This document shows positions 1 through 8,116 of a DNA stretch of 32,000 nt, in pieces. The first letter of the stretch is position 1, and each line of letters opens with the position of its first letter. The position numbers and the translations under genes were made by a program. This DNA comes from Thermofilum adornatum (GTDB lineage: Archaea > Thermoproteota > Thermoprotei > Thermofilales > Thermofilaceae), in contig NC_022093.1 in the NCBI RefSeq assembly GCF_000446015.1, forward strand, positions 900,001 to 932,000, in the 5' to 3' direction. The notes beneath the pieces were generated by a model that saw only the letters and a list, made by a program, of their open reading frames with translations, ran no database searches and was not told where the DNA came from.

Positions 1-1
1 T

Positions 2-1339
2 TTCAGGTCCATGCCTAAACGAGGAGCAATAGTCGCCTTTTCCTTGGTGACCTCGCTACCCCCAGATCTTGTTGCTGAGGCCATGTATAGGGAGGGAATA
101 AGCCTCGACGCGAAGGCCGGCTCTCTATTATTTAGCCATTTTAGATCAGTAGCTACGAAAGGAATCGAAATTTTTTTAGAGTCCCTAAAGGACCCTTCTA
201 GGGGTTACCATGCCGGAGGCTGGGTCTATTCGTTTAAACCGACACATGTAACTACAGATTTTGTTGAGGTTGAATTCCAGAAAGCATTTCCAGAAGAATT
301 ACTAAGGCGCATAATCGCTGATATTACGCCAAGGGAGCAAACAGTTTCATCTGTACTTGAAAAAACATTGGAAGACTATTTGCGAAAAGTGAAACTTTTA
401 GAAGAGAACATTTCCCAGATAGAGCAGATAATCTATGATTACAGGGCACTGGTGGAGGACAAAAAGCCTTGGAGCCTTATAGAGTCCACGCTGAGAGAAA
501 AATACCAGTCAATAAAAAAAGTTGACCCATCGAGCCCGCTCATCGTAGTCGAACTCGAAGGTATAGAAATAGAAATAGATCCAAGCAAGAACGCTTATGC
601 AAACATAGAACTACACTATGACAAGATCAAGTCTATCAGGAAAAGGCTAAGCGAAGCAAAGACAAAAGAGGAACAAGCAAAGCCGAAACAAGTCAAGCAG
701 AAAATCGCCGCGTCCGGGCCTTGGTACACGCAGTTCCGCTATTTCTGGACTACAAATGGCTTTCTAGTGGTTGCGGGTAAATCGGCTGGACAGAACCAGC
801 TTCTTGTCCGGAGATACCTGGAAGACAAAGATATTTTTCTACACGCCGATATACATGGGGCAGCTGCCGTCGTAGTAAAGACAGGCGGCAAAGATGTCCC
901 TGAAAAAGACATATTAGAGGCGGCGCAGTTCGCCGCATGCTACTCGTCTGCTTGGAGGGGGGGACTCTACACGATAGACGTTTACTGGGTTCCAGCCAGC
1001 CAGGTGTCTCTTAAAGCCCCAAGCGGAGAATACCTGGCAAAGGGAAGCTTCATGATTTATGGGAAAAAGAACTATGTTAGGGGCGTTAAACTCGAATTAC
1101 TGATAGGTGTTAGCGAGAAAGGTGAACTGTTGGCTTTGCCTGCTGAACGCAACCCGTCAGATGGTTGTTTCTTAAAGATTACGCCCGGTCCCTATAGAAA
1201 AGACCTAGCAACAAGGAAGATAATAGAATTCCTAAAACGAGAATGTAACTTTAAGGCCAGAGAGGAAGATGTAGTCAAACTGCTACCGGACGGAGGATTC
1301 CACATTGAGAGGTGGAGACCATGGATTCCGAGTACCTAG
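2..1339 (+). CDS. NFACT-family protein (Rqc2/RqcH/FbpA-like), C-terminal portion with NFACT-R (DUF814) domain; 5' end probably outside the window
   Basis: The frame is open from position 2 to the window edge, with the first ATG at 11. FLVVAGKSAGQNQLLVRRYLEDKDIFLHADIHGAAAVVVK matches the conserved NFACT-R/DUF814 core. Upstream heptad-rich segments (LEDYLRKVKLLEENISQIEQII; HYDKIKSIRKRLSEAKTKEE) fit the NFACT coiled coil. No NFACT-N domain is present, which implies truncation by the window. Confidence 0.75.
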   Translation, partial: FRSMPKRGAIVAFSLVTSLPPDLVAEAMYREGISLDAKAGSLLFSHFRSVATKGIEIFLESLKDPSRGYHAGGWVYSFKPTHVTTDFVEVEFQKAFPEELLRRIIADITPREQTVSSVLEKTLEDYLRKVKLLEENISQIEQIIYDYRALVEDKKPWSLIESTLREKYQSIKKVDPSSPLIVVELEGIEIEIDPSKNAYANIELHYDKIKSIRKRLSEAKTKEEQAKPKQVKQKIAASGPWYTQFRYFWTTNGFLVVAGKSAGQNQLLVRRYLEDKDIFLHADIHGAAAVVVKTGGKDVPEKDILEAAQFAACYSSAWRGGLYTIDVYWVPASQVSLKAPSGEYLAKGSFMIYGKKNYVRGVKLELLIGVSEKGELLALPAERNPSDGCFLKITPGPYRKDLATRKIIEFLKRECNFKAREEDVVKLLPDGGFHIERWRPWIPST

Positions 1340-2019
1340 AGGAAGTAATCCACGTTGACAGCCTAGAAGATATTGTCAAGGCAACAATTGATCAGCCAAG
1401 CATAGGGCTTGTATATGCACTTGGAGACAATTTCTACACGCTCGACTCATTATTTAGTTTCACCAGGAAGGGGCGTCGGGTAGTCCTCTTAGCCTCTAGA
1501 CCGGGACTCAACAGAGCCCTAAAGGAGCTCCTAAAGGACAGATATATCGTCGTCAAGAGAGAAATGAAGGCTGTAACCTATAGGAGTATCCTTCTATATT
1601 TCAACACAACTGGTCGAATACGTTTTTCCTTTTCCTTGCACAGGCTAGCAAGGTTCCCGGCGGTTGTTGTCGCTCCTAATACCTCTGTGAAAAAGACTAT
1701 CATGTTGATGCATGAAAACAACTCAATAGCTGTGGGCATAAGGGTTAGAGGAAAAATTTCCAAGGTTCTAACAATAGTTGATTTCCTCAACTATTCCCTC
1801 GAAAAAGGCTACTGTAACCGTGAAATTTTACTCGACGACACGCCTGTTTCTAGGGTTAGACCCATAGTCATCAGAGATACGAGAGACCTAGCGTCAAACA
1901 TCACAGATGCTCTGAAACGTTATGGTGCGGCACTAATCCAAGGAAACGAAGAATTCCTCATTGATGAATCTTCTCTTAGGAAGTACCTTATAGCAAGAAT
2001 ATCAGGAAACATGCTATGA
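1321..2019 (+). CDS. hypothetical protein with a possible C-terminal CBS-domain pair
   Basis: The ORF opens at GTG 1312, but ATG 1321 is preceded by GAGGTG (1309-1314) at SD-like spacing. It overlaps the NFACT stop (1337-1339). VVVAPNTSVKKTIMLMHENNSIAVGIRVRGKISKVLTIVDFLNY and VRPIVIRDTRDLASNITDALKRYGAALIQGNEEFLIDESSLRKYL resemble two CBS motifs. I do not recognise the N-terminal ~115 aa. Confidence 0.5.
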   Translation: MDSEYLEEVIHVDSLEDIVKATIDQPSIGLVYALGDNFYTLDSLFSFTRKGRRVVLLASRPGLNRALKELLKDRYIVVKREMKAVTYRSILLYFNTTGRIRFSFSLHRLARFPAVVVAPNTSVKKTIMLMHENNSIAVGIRVRGKISKVLTIVDFLNYSLEKGYCNREILLDDTPVSRVRPIVIRDTRDLASNITDALKRYGAALIQGNEEFLIDESSLRKYLIARISGNML

Positions 2020-2510
2020 CACCAATAATACTCGTAGATGGCATGCTTGGAAAATTATCCAAGTGGCTCCGCATCTTGGGCATAAAAACACTCTATGCAG
2101 GAACTCTCACAGACAATGAAATAGAGAGAGAACTAGAGAAACACTCCCAGACTGTTTTGTTAACGCGGGACAGAGAACTTTACAGACATGCAATAAGTAT
2201 GGGCTATTCAGCCCTGTTTGTCCCGGAGGCCCCCATAGAGGACCAACTGTCATTCGTCCTCAAAAGGCTTGACATCGAACCCGTATTAGACATGTCTCGC
2301 ACCTTGTGTCCCCTATGCGGGTCAAAACTTGTGAGAGTATCGCGAGAGGAAGTGGTAAAGGAGGTTCCTAGGGGTGTCTTAGATAGATACGAAGAGTTCT
2401 ACAAATGTATGAATTGTGGACAAGTTTATTGGCGTGGAACACATTTTTATGAAATAGAAAAAACAATTGAAAAAGTGAGGCTGATAATGTATGGTAAAGT
2501 TGAGTGTTGA
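2016..2510 (+). CDS. Mut7-C RNase domain protein (PIN-like nuclease domain plus C-terminal zinc ribbon, PF01927/DUF82 type)
   Basis: The N-terminus ILVDGMLGKLSKWLRILGIKTLY is the hallmark Mut7-C start. The C-terminal CPLCGSKL...CMNCGQVYWRGTH forms a 4-Cys zinc ribbon. The ATG overlaps the upstream stop as ATGA (2016-2019). Confidence 0.85.
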   Translation: MTPIILVDGMLGKLSKWLRILGIKTLYAGTLTDNEIERELEKHSQTVLLTRDRELYRHAISMGYSALFVPEAPIEDQLSFVLKRLDIEPVLDMSRTLCPLCGSKLVRVSREEVVKEVPRGVLDRYEEFYKCMNCGQVYWRGTHFYEIEKTIEKVRLIMYGKVEC

Positions 2511-3132
2511 AGAGGGAACCTTTCTGGTTAAACTAGCAAGGAAAGCCGTCAAAGAATATCTAGAAAATGCACGCATAATACAGCCGCCCCCAGATACACC
2601 TGAGAAACTCTTCGAAAAAGCAGGCGTATTCGTGACAATAGAAGAAATATTTGTAGACCCTATATTAAGGAGGGCTAGGCGAGAGCTGAGGGGCTGTATA
2701 GGGTATCCAGAGCCATTTTTCCCAATGGTTGAAGCCACGATTAGATCCGCCATCGCGGCGGCCACTGAGGATCCACGATTCCCACCGATGACGCCTAAAG
2801 AGCTAGACAGAGTAGTATTCGAGGTAAGCATCCTAACAAAGCCACAAGAGCTTAAGTACACGTCACCAGAAGAACTCCCTGAAAAGATAAAGATTGGCAG
2901 GGATGGACTAATAATAGAGCAGGGAATAGCTAGAGGCCTACTTTTACCACAGGTGGCTGTGGACGAGAAATGGGGGCCAGAAGAGTTCCTAAGCTATGCA
3001 TGTCTCAAGGCAGGTCTACGAGAAGATGAGTGGCGAAAAGGACGCGTAAAAGTCTACGTATTCCAGTCCCAGATATTTGTTGAAGCAACGCCAGAAGGCG
3101 AAGTCGTAGAGAGGCTTCTTGAAGCTGTCTAA
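2491..3132 (+). CDS. AMMECR1 domain protein
   Basis: LRGCIGYPEP is the conserved AMMECR1 motif. The protein is 213 aa. The N-terminus LSVEEGTFLVKLARKAVKEYL is typical of the family. The start lies 20 nt before the Mut7-C stop. Confidence 0.9.
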   Translation: MVKLSVEEGTFLVKLARKAVKEYLENARIIQPPPDTPEKLFEKAGVFVTIEEIFVDPILRRARRELRGCIGYPEPFFPMVEATIRSAIAAATEDPRFPPMTPKELDRVVFEVSILTKPQELKYTSPEELPEKIKIGRDGLIIEQGIARGLLLPQVAVDEKWGPEEFLSYACLKAGLREDEWRKGRVKVYVFQSQIFVEATPEGEVVERLLEAV

Positions 3133-3214
3133 ACAGCTTTACCTATAAAGCTTCAACAAGCATCTCCAAAACAATAAATTAATTACGTGGCTTATCAATC
3201 CATTATTAGAGACG

Positions 3215-4195
3215 GTGGGGCTTTTGCCCAAAGAAATCGTGCTATACCTATGCAGGGACGAACAGTCAAAAAAGATGCTCCAAGATTTTCAAAGCGAGTT
3301 GAATCTGTTGCCAAAGCCTGACAGGCCCAAGCTAAAGGTAAAACTAGTAAAAATAAATGACCCAAGAGACTTTCCAAGCTTCCTCCAGCAACTAGAAGAG
3401 CTCTACGGGGGCGTATACACACTGGAATTTAAAAAGCTAAACATCGAAAAATTGCCAGCTATTGTCGTCGACGGCGAAAAAGTATCTGAGGGCAAGTATC
3501 TCAGCAAGGAGGAGATAAGAGACCTCCTAGGATTACCCGTAAAAATAGAAGCAGGGCCAACACCCCCTGTATCACTAGAAGAAGAACTACCCCAAGTAGC
3601 ACCAATAACGTCACAGCCAAAACCACAGCCCAAAAAAGAGCCCGAACCCATAACCCTCCCAATAGAACTCGAGGAACCAGAAACACCCAAACCAATAACT
3701 GTTACTCCAGAAAAGCCTGCACGGCAACATCCGGTCCAATCTCCAGTTGTGACCAAGCAACCCGAAGTTCCACTTCTTGGAGAGCCAGCTACGTCCAAAA
3801 GAAGACAACCAGAAGAAATCTCCACGCCAATAGAACTAGAGGAGCCCCTCCAAGAAGAACAGCCACAAGAAGAAGCGCCAATCACTGCTAGGCCTACGCC
3901 AAAAGCTGCCCAAGAGGCGAAACCAAAGCCACAGGTAGCTCCAACTCTACCTCCGCCTCCAACACTGCCTCAACCTATCGAGAAGCCCCCAGCACTCGTA
4001 ACAAAAACTCCACAAGAAGCATTACCTAAGCCTCCCGTTCAGCAACAAGCTAAACCCCAAACGGTTCAAGAAGACCTCAAGGGAACATGCTTTACCTGTC
4101 TCTTCTATGACAAGGATAAGTCAAAATGCAAACTCCTGCACATCGCTGTTCAAGACCCCTACAATCCACCTTGCGGAAGGAGAAGACCCAAATAG
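3215..4195 (+). CDS. hypothetical protein: thioredoxin-fold-like N-domain, ~190 aa P/E/Q/K-rich low-complexity linker, C-terminal CxxC-x9-C-x14-C motif
   Basis: GTG start at 3215. The N-terminal ~110 aa (EIVLYLCRD...LPAIVVDGEKVSEGKY) resembles a glutaredoxin/thioredoxin-like fold without a CxxC. The linker contains two PIELEEP motifs. The C-terminus reads CFTCLFYDKDKSKCKLLHIAVQDPYNPPCGRR. Antisense ORFs in this region are low-complexity shadows. Confidence 0.6.
   Translation: MGLLPKEIVLYLCRDEQSKKMLQDFQSELNLLPKPDRPKLKVKLVKINDPRDFPSFLQQLEELYGGVYTLEFKKLNIEKLPAIVVDGEKVSEGKYLSKEEIRDLLGLPVKIEAGPTPPVSLEEELPQVAPITSQPKPQPKKEPEPITLPIELEEPETPKPITVTPEKPARQHPVQSPVVTKQPEVPLLGEPATSKRRQPEEISTPIELEEPLQEEQPQEEAPITARPTPKAAQEAKPKPQVAPTLPPPPTLPQPIEKPPALVTKTPQEALPKPPVQQQAKPQTVQEDLKGTCFTCLFYDKDKSKCKLLHIAVQDPYNPPCGRRRPK
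3659..3846 (+). repeat. intragenic direct repeat: ccaatagaactcgaggaacc (3659-3678) and ccaatagaactagaggagcc (3827-3846), 18/20 identical
   Basis: I compared the two copies base by base. They encode LPIELEEPE and TPIELEEPL inside the proline-rich linker. Confidence 0.8.
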
Positions 4196-4210
4196 TAGCA
4201 GGAAAAATAG

Positions 4211-4222
4211 TGCTTATAAGCA
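4211..4222 (+). promoter_or_regulatory. perfect 12-bp palindrome TGCTTATAAGCA containing a TATA-like core; probable DNA ligase promoter
   Basis: The palindrome is self-complementary. Its centre lies ~37 nt upstream of ATG 4254. An AGGGGA SD-like element sits just before the ATG. Confidence 0.4.
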
Positions 4223-4253
4223 TCGTTATACAACATATAGATCAGGGGATTTT

Positions 4254-6065
4254 ATGAGTCAAACCGGAGAAGATTTACCATATTCGGTTCTAGCAGACTT
4301 CTACGAAAAAATCGAGTCTATAACCAGCAGGATTGCCATGACAGATTACCTTGTTGCACTTTTCAAGAAAACACCCCCCAGCATAATTGACAAGGTCATA
4401 TACCTGACTCAGGGACAGCTCCGTCCAGACTATGAGGGCGTAGAGCTAGGAGTAGCCGAGAAACTGGCTCTAAGAGCTTTGGCAAGAGCCACCGGTAGAC
4501 ATGTGAAAGACGTAGAAGATATGTATAAGCAAACTGGGGACATAGGGCTTCTCGCCGAAAAACTCATGTCTACTTCCCGCACCGGTGGACTACTAGACTT
4601 CATTGGAACCATGGAGCCCAAAAAAGAGCTAACAGTTTCACAAGTCTACAACGCGCTCCTAAGAATTGCGCAGGCAACCGGTGAAGGAGCCCAGGAAACA
4701 AAAATAAATACGCTTGTATCTTTGCTTAAGGATGCTAAGCCAAAAGAAGCAAGATATATTCTTCGAACAGTCCTGGGAAGACTAAGGCTAGGCATAGCTG
4801 ACATGACGATACTTGACGCACTGGCAATAGCCTTTACAGGGTCTAAAAATACCAGGGACATAGTCGAGAAGGCATACACTAAGCATCCCGACCTCGGCTA
4901 CATAGCAAAGTTGCTAGCCTCACAGGGAATAGATGCGGTGGCATCGCTCAAGATAGAAGTAGGTGTCCCAATACTACCAATGCTGGCAGAGAGACTAAGC
5001 GACCCAGACGAAATACTGCAAAAGCTTGGCGGCAAATGTCTTGCAGAGTACAAGTATGACGGGGAAAGAGTCCAAGCCCACAAAAAAGGCGAAAAGGTCT
5101 GGCTGTTCAGCAGACGCCTAGAAAACATTACACATCACTATCCGGACGTCGTAGAATATATGAAGCAACTTAAAGCGGACGAAGCGATAGTTGAAGGAGA
5201 AATAGTAGCCTACAACCCTGACACAGGCGAAATGCTACCTTTCCAGGAACTCATGCACAGGAGACGAAAATACGACGTAGACAAAGCCATGAAAGAGTAT
5301 CCTGTAAGGGTCTATCTCTTTGATATCGTCTACTTGTCTGGACGAGAACTCATTGATGAACCTCTTCCCGACAGGAGACAGAATCTTGAAAAAATAGTTC
5401 CAGAAGGCCAGGAAAACCTCTTGTTAAGTAGCGCTAAAATCATTGACAACTCCAAGGATCTTTTGCACTTCTTTGAACAGGCTATAAGTGATGGATGCGA
5501 GGGTATAATGTGTAAATCCATTGGTCCGGACAGCGTCTACCAGATGGGTGCAAGAGGCTGGCTATGGATAAAATTCAAACGGGACTATAGGCTTGAGATG
5601 ACCGACACTGTAGACCTGGTCGTTGTCGGCGCCTTCAAGGGAAGAGGCAAAAGAGCGGGGACTTATGGTGCGTTGCTCATGGCAGCATACGATCCTGAAA
5701 CAGACACCTTCAAGACTGTATGCAAGGTTGGTTCAGGCTTTACAGATGAGGATCTAGCAAACCTGCCTAAAATGCTTGAACCATACATCTTGCCGCATAG
5801 GCATCCAAGAGTATTTTCCAAAATGGAGGCAGACGTCTGGTTTGTTCCAGCCGTTGTCCTTGAAATAATTGGCGCGGAAATAACTCTAAGCCCATTACAT
5901 ACTTGTGCATTAAACAAAATAGAAGAAGGCGTAGGTCTAGCCATAAGGTTTCCACGCTTCACTGGTAGATACAGGTTTGACAAGAAGCCAGAACAAGCTA
6001 CAACCGAGGCCGAGCTAATCGAGATGTATAAGTCCCAGAGAAAAACAATAATCCAGCAGTCCTAG
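4254..6065 (+). CDS. lig: ATP-dependent DNA ligase
   Basis: Adenylation motif I is EYKYDGERVQ (KxDG). Further motifs are EGEIVAY (III), LFDIVYL (IIIa), EGIMCK (IV), WIKFKRDY (V) and RFPRFTG (VI). Starting at the internal ATG 4254 gives 603 aa with a typical archaeal ligase N-terminus. The 4107 extension overlaps the upstream gene. Confidence 0.95.
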   Translation: MSQTGEDLPYSVLADFYEKIESITSRIAMTDYLVALFKKTPPSIIDKVIYLTQGQLRPDYEGVELGVAEKLALRALARATGRHVKDVEDMYKQTGDIGLLAEKLMSTSRTGGLLDFIGTMEPKKELTVSQVYNALLRIAQATGEGAQETKINTLVSLLKDAKPKEARYILRTVLGRLRLGIADMTILDALAIAFTGSKNTRDIVEKAYTKHPDLGYIAKLLASQGIDAVASLKIEVGVPILPMLAERLSDPDEILQKLGGKCLAEYKYDGERVQAHKKGEKVWLFSRRLENITHHYPDVVEYMKQLKADEAIVEGEIVAYNPDTGEMLPFQELMHRRRKYDVDKAMKEYPVRVYLFDIVYLSGRELIDEPLPDRRQNLEKIVPEGQENLLLSSAKIIDNSKDLLHFFEQAISDGCEGIMCKSIGPDSVYQMGARGWLWIKFKRDYRLEMTDTVDLVVVGAFKGRGKRAGTYGALLMAAYDPETDTFKTVCKVGSGFTDEDLANLPKMLEPYILPHRHPRVFSKMEADVWFVPAVVLEIIGAEITLSPLHTCALNKIEEGVGLAIRFPRFTGRYRFDKKPEQATTEAELIEMYKSQRKTIIQQS

Positions 6066-6102
6066 ACTACTTACGCCGTGCCCATACTAAAAAATGCAGT
6101 TT

Positions 6103-6666
6103 CTATGTCCTTTCAAGCATCCTATTCAGGGTCCATCTGAGGGAGCCTTTTATCTCTCGGATCCTGCCTTTGTCGCCATAGTTTTCAATAATAATCCGTT
6201 TAAGTGTTCCCCCCTCTTCCTCAATATTATAGGTAATTATCTCGTCCGGGCTTTTCTCACCTCTGGCTATTAGGTCTTCGTCCTGTCTTTTAAAGCCCTC
6301 CAGTAGTCTCCTTACGAAAAAGTTCTGGAAAGGAGGAGTATTTATGTTAAAGTCCTTCAAGAAAACTATTTCTATTCTTTTCGGATAAACAATGACTCTG
6401 GCAAGCTTTTCAGCTGACTGCATAGCCGTTATTAGTGATTCCTCGATTGGTTTTTCTTCTCTAGTGCTTGGAGCGGGCTTCTCCTGCTCCATTTTTTCGG
6501 TATGTCTTTGTACAAGCTCAGAAGCTTTGACAAAGCTCGAGGATCCCAGTGCCTCGTTAACAAGCTTTATCATTGTTTCAAGTATTTTTTCTTCTTGACG
6601 CAATTCCTCTAGCTTCTTTTCCAAATAAGCTTTAAGCTCAGCCAGCTCCTTCGTACTATTTGCCAC
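6103..6666 (-). CDS. hypothetical protein with N-terminal coiled coil
   Basis: GTG start (reverse complement of 6664-6666). The composition is charged and protein-like. The N-terminus ELAELKAYLEKKLEELRQEEKILETMIKLV is heptad-like. I recognise no family motif. Confidence 0.55.
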   Translation of the reverse strand: MANSTKELAELKAYLEKKLEELRQEEKILETMIKLVNEALGSSSFVKASELVQRHTEKMEQEKPAPSTREEKPIEESLITAMQSAEKLARVIVYPKRIEIVFLKDFNINTPPFQNFFVRRLLEGFKRQDEDLIARGEKSPDEIITYNIEEEGGTLKRIIIENYGDKGRIREIKGSLRWTLNRMLERT

Positions 6667-6734
6667 AACCTACCACTAATAAAAGGAAAGAAGCGCCTAC
6701 ATATTTATTTAGCGTAGATAATCATCTAACACAT

Positions 6735-7643
6735 ATGACTCTAAAATTCGCTGTTTCAGGCAATGCAAACATAGACATATACTACTTTGTCGAAAAAATA
6801 CCACAGCCAGACGAAGCAGTGGAAGCACTGGAGATCAGGACATCCCTAGGAGGAGCGGCAACAAACATTGCTACAGGCATATCTAAACTTGGTCACTACG
6901 CGAGATTTATTGGATTTGTGGGAAGCGACCCAGAGGCCACAGAAGTTTTATCCGAGCTTAAACAACGAGGAATAGACGTAGCCTACGTAAAGTCTTCGAG
7001 CAAACAGACTGGACGCGTAATTGTCCTCCTCGACAAAGAAGGTAGAAGAGCAATGATCGCACATAGAGGCGCCAACAGCGAGCTTAGACCAGGAGCCTTT
7101 AACCCAGAAGAAACCCTCAGAGGCATTGACCACCTGCATCTAAGTAGCACGAGCCCGGAATACTCATATTGGTTTTTCAGGGAGGCGAAGAAGATGGGCA
7201 TTTCGACAAGCTGGGATCCAGGCATGACCATCTGTCTGAGGGGGTTCAAAAGCATCAAGAATGTTCTGCAATACGTGGACGTCCTGTTTTTGAATGAACG
7301 CGAGAATGAAGCCCTTAAAATCGACCCGGCAAGCATTGAGAAGCCCTTGATTATTATCAAGAAAGGAAGTGAAGGCTCTGAGGCGCCCCAGTATAAGATA
7401 AAGGCTGAAGCATTCAGAGTTAAAGCCTTAGACGCTACTGGTGCAGGCGATGCTTTTGACGCGGCTTTTCTCGTTGCTTGGAAAAGGAAAATAGGTCTAA
7501 AAGAATCCCTTGTTATAGCCAATGCTGCCGGAGCAATAAAGGTTACAAGGTTTGGTGCGCACTCGTCTCCCACTGCTAGCGAACTCGCAGAATTCCTCGA
7601 AAAAAATGGAAGAGAAGATCTAGCAAGGCTTTTTAAACCTTAA
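6735..7643 (+). CDS. PfkB-family carbohydrate/nucleoside kinase (ribokinase-like)
   Basis: DATGAGDAFDAAF is PfkB signature 2 (DTxGAGD), and GGAATNIA is the GG motif region. The internal ATG 6735 gives the typical N-terminus (FAVSGNANIDIYY). The TATA-like acatatttattt lies ~28 nt upstream, consistent with a near-leaderless transcript. Substrate cannot be assigned. Confidence 0.9.
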   Translation: MTLKFAVSGNANIDIYYFVEKIPQPDEAVEALEIRTSLGGAATNIATGISKLGHYARFIGFVGSDPEATEVLSELKQRGIDVAYVKSSSKQTGRVIVLLDKEGRRAMIAHRGANSELRPGAFNPEETLRGIDHLHLSSTSPEYSYWFFREAKKMGISTSWDPGMTICLRGFKSIKNVLQYVDVLFLNERENEALKIDPASIEKPLIIIKKGSEGSEAPQYKIKAEAFRVKALDATGAGDAFDAAFLVAWKRKIGLKESLVIANAAGAIKVTRFGAHSSPTASELAEFLEKNGREDLARLFKP

Positions 7644-7721
7644 ACCAGAGAAAAACATATATTCCACTAGTTTCACAATACTGAATGCTTGACGGAATGG
7701 ATTGTCGCGTTGGGGGATTAA

Positions 7722-8063
7722 ATGCAAAAAGACGTGTTCTGTACCCCTATTTGTCCGTTCCACGCCTTCACTTGCTACAAGAACGCGCTGATTTACAGGA
7801 AGACTAAACGTGGACTCGAGGCCTTCTGCACGTGGACAGGCGAGCCATGTATAGGCTGGAAATGCCAGTTTGCAGGGTGCTCCAAGCATGCTCTTCTGCC
7901 AGATGGCACATGTAAGTTTAAGCTCGAAAAGATTTCAGGCAAGAAGGAGGAGGAAGAGGAATTTTCCATAGAGGAAGAGGCAAAAGTCTATGAAAAACAG
8001 GTCTATGGCAAGATCAAGGACAAACTTAAAAAGCTTGGAGCCAGGATTGATGACATTGAATAA
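7722..8063 (+). CDS. small Cys-rich protein (8 Cys, 2 His in the first 65 aa) with K/E-rich C-terminal tail
   Basis: Cysteines fall at residues 7, 11, 18, 36, 43, 48, 53 and 64. The tail reads GKKEEEEEFSIEEEAKVYEKQVYGKIKDKLKK. GGGGGA lies just upstream of the ATG. The antisense ORF 7620-7889 looks like a shadow. Confidence 0.55.
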   Translation: MQKDVFCTPICPFHAFTCYKNALIYRKTKRGLEAFCTWTGEPCIGWKCQFAGCSKHALLPDGTCKFKLEKISGKKEEEEEFSIEEEAKVYEKQVYGKIKDKLKKLGARIDDIE

Positions 8064-8116
8064 GAAAGCGATGGATTGATTTATGAGTCACAATATGTAA
8101 ACCGAGGGGGGTCTAT

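Noticed and set aside
1312-1339. Possible programmed frameshift fusing NFACT to the downstream ORF.
   Set aside because: No slippery heptamer is evident. A GAGGTG SD-like motif plus ATG 1321 explains independent, coupled initiation more simply.
3122-3139. The hairpin AAGCTGT-ctaa-ACAGCTT spanning the AMMECR1 stop codon, considered as a terminator.
   Set aside because: The stem is real: 7 bp, verified. But it is followed by only three T residues, and archaeal termination relies mainly on oligo-T. It is too weak to call.
4107-4253. A 49-aa N-terminal extension of the DNA ligase ORF.
   Set aside because: It overlaps the 3' end of the upstream gene in another frame and has no ligase homology. 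The internal ATG 4254 gives the canonical ligase N-terminus and is preceded by a TATA-like palindrome and an SD-like AGGGGA.
6660-6734. A 25-aa N-terminal extension of the PfkB kinase ORF.
   Set aside because: It would overlap the divergent gene's start. A TATA-like box at ~6700-6712 fits a transcript beginning near ATG 6735, where the kinase homology starts.
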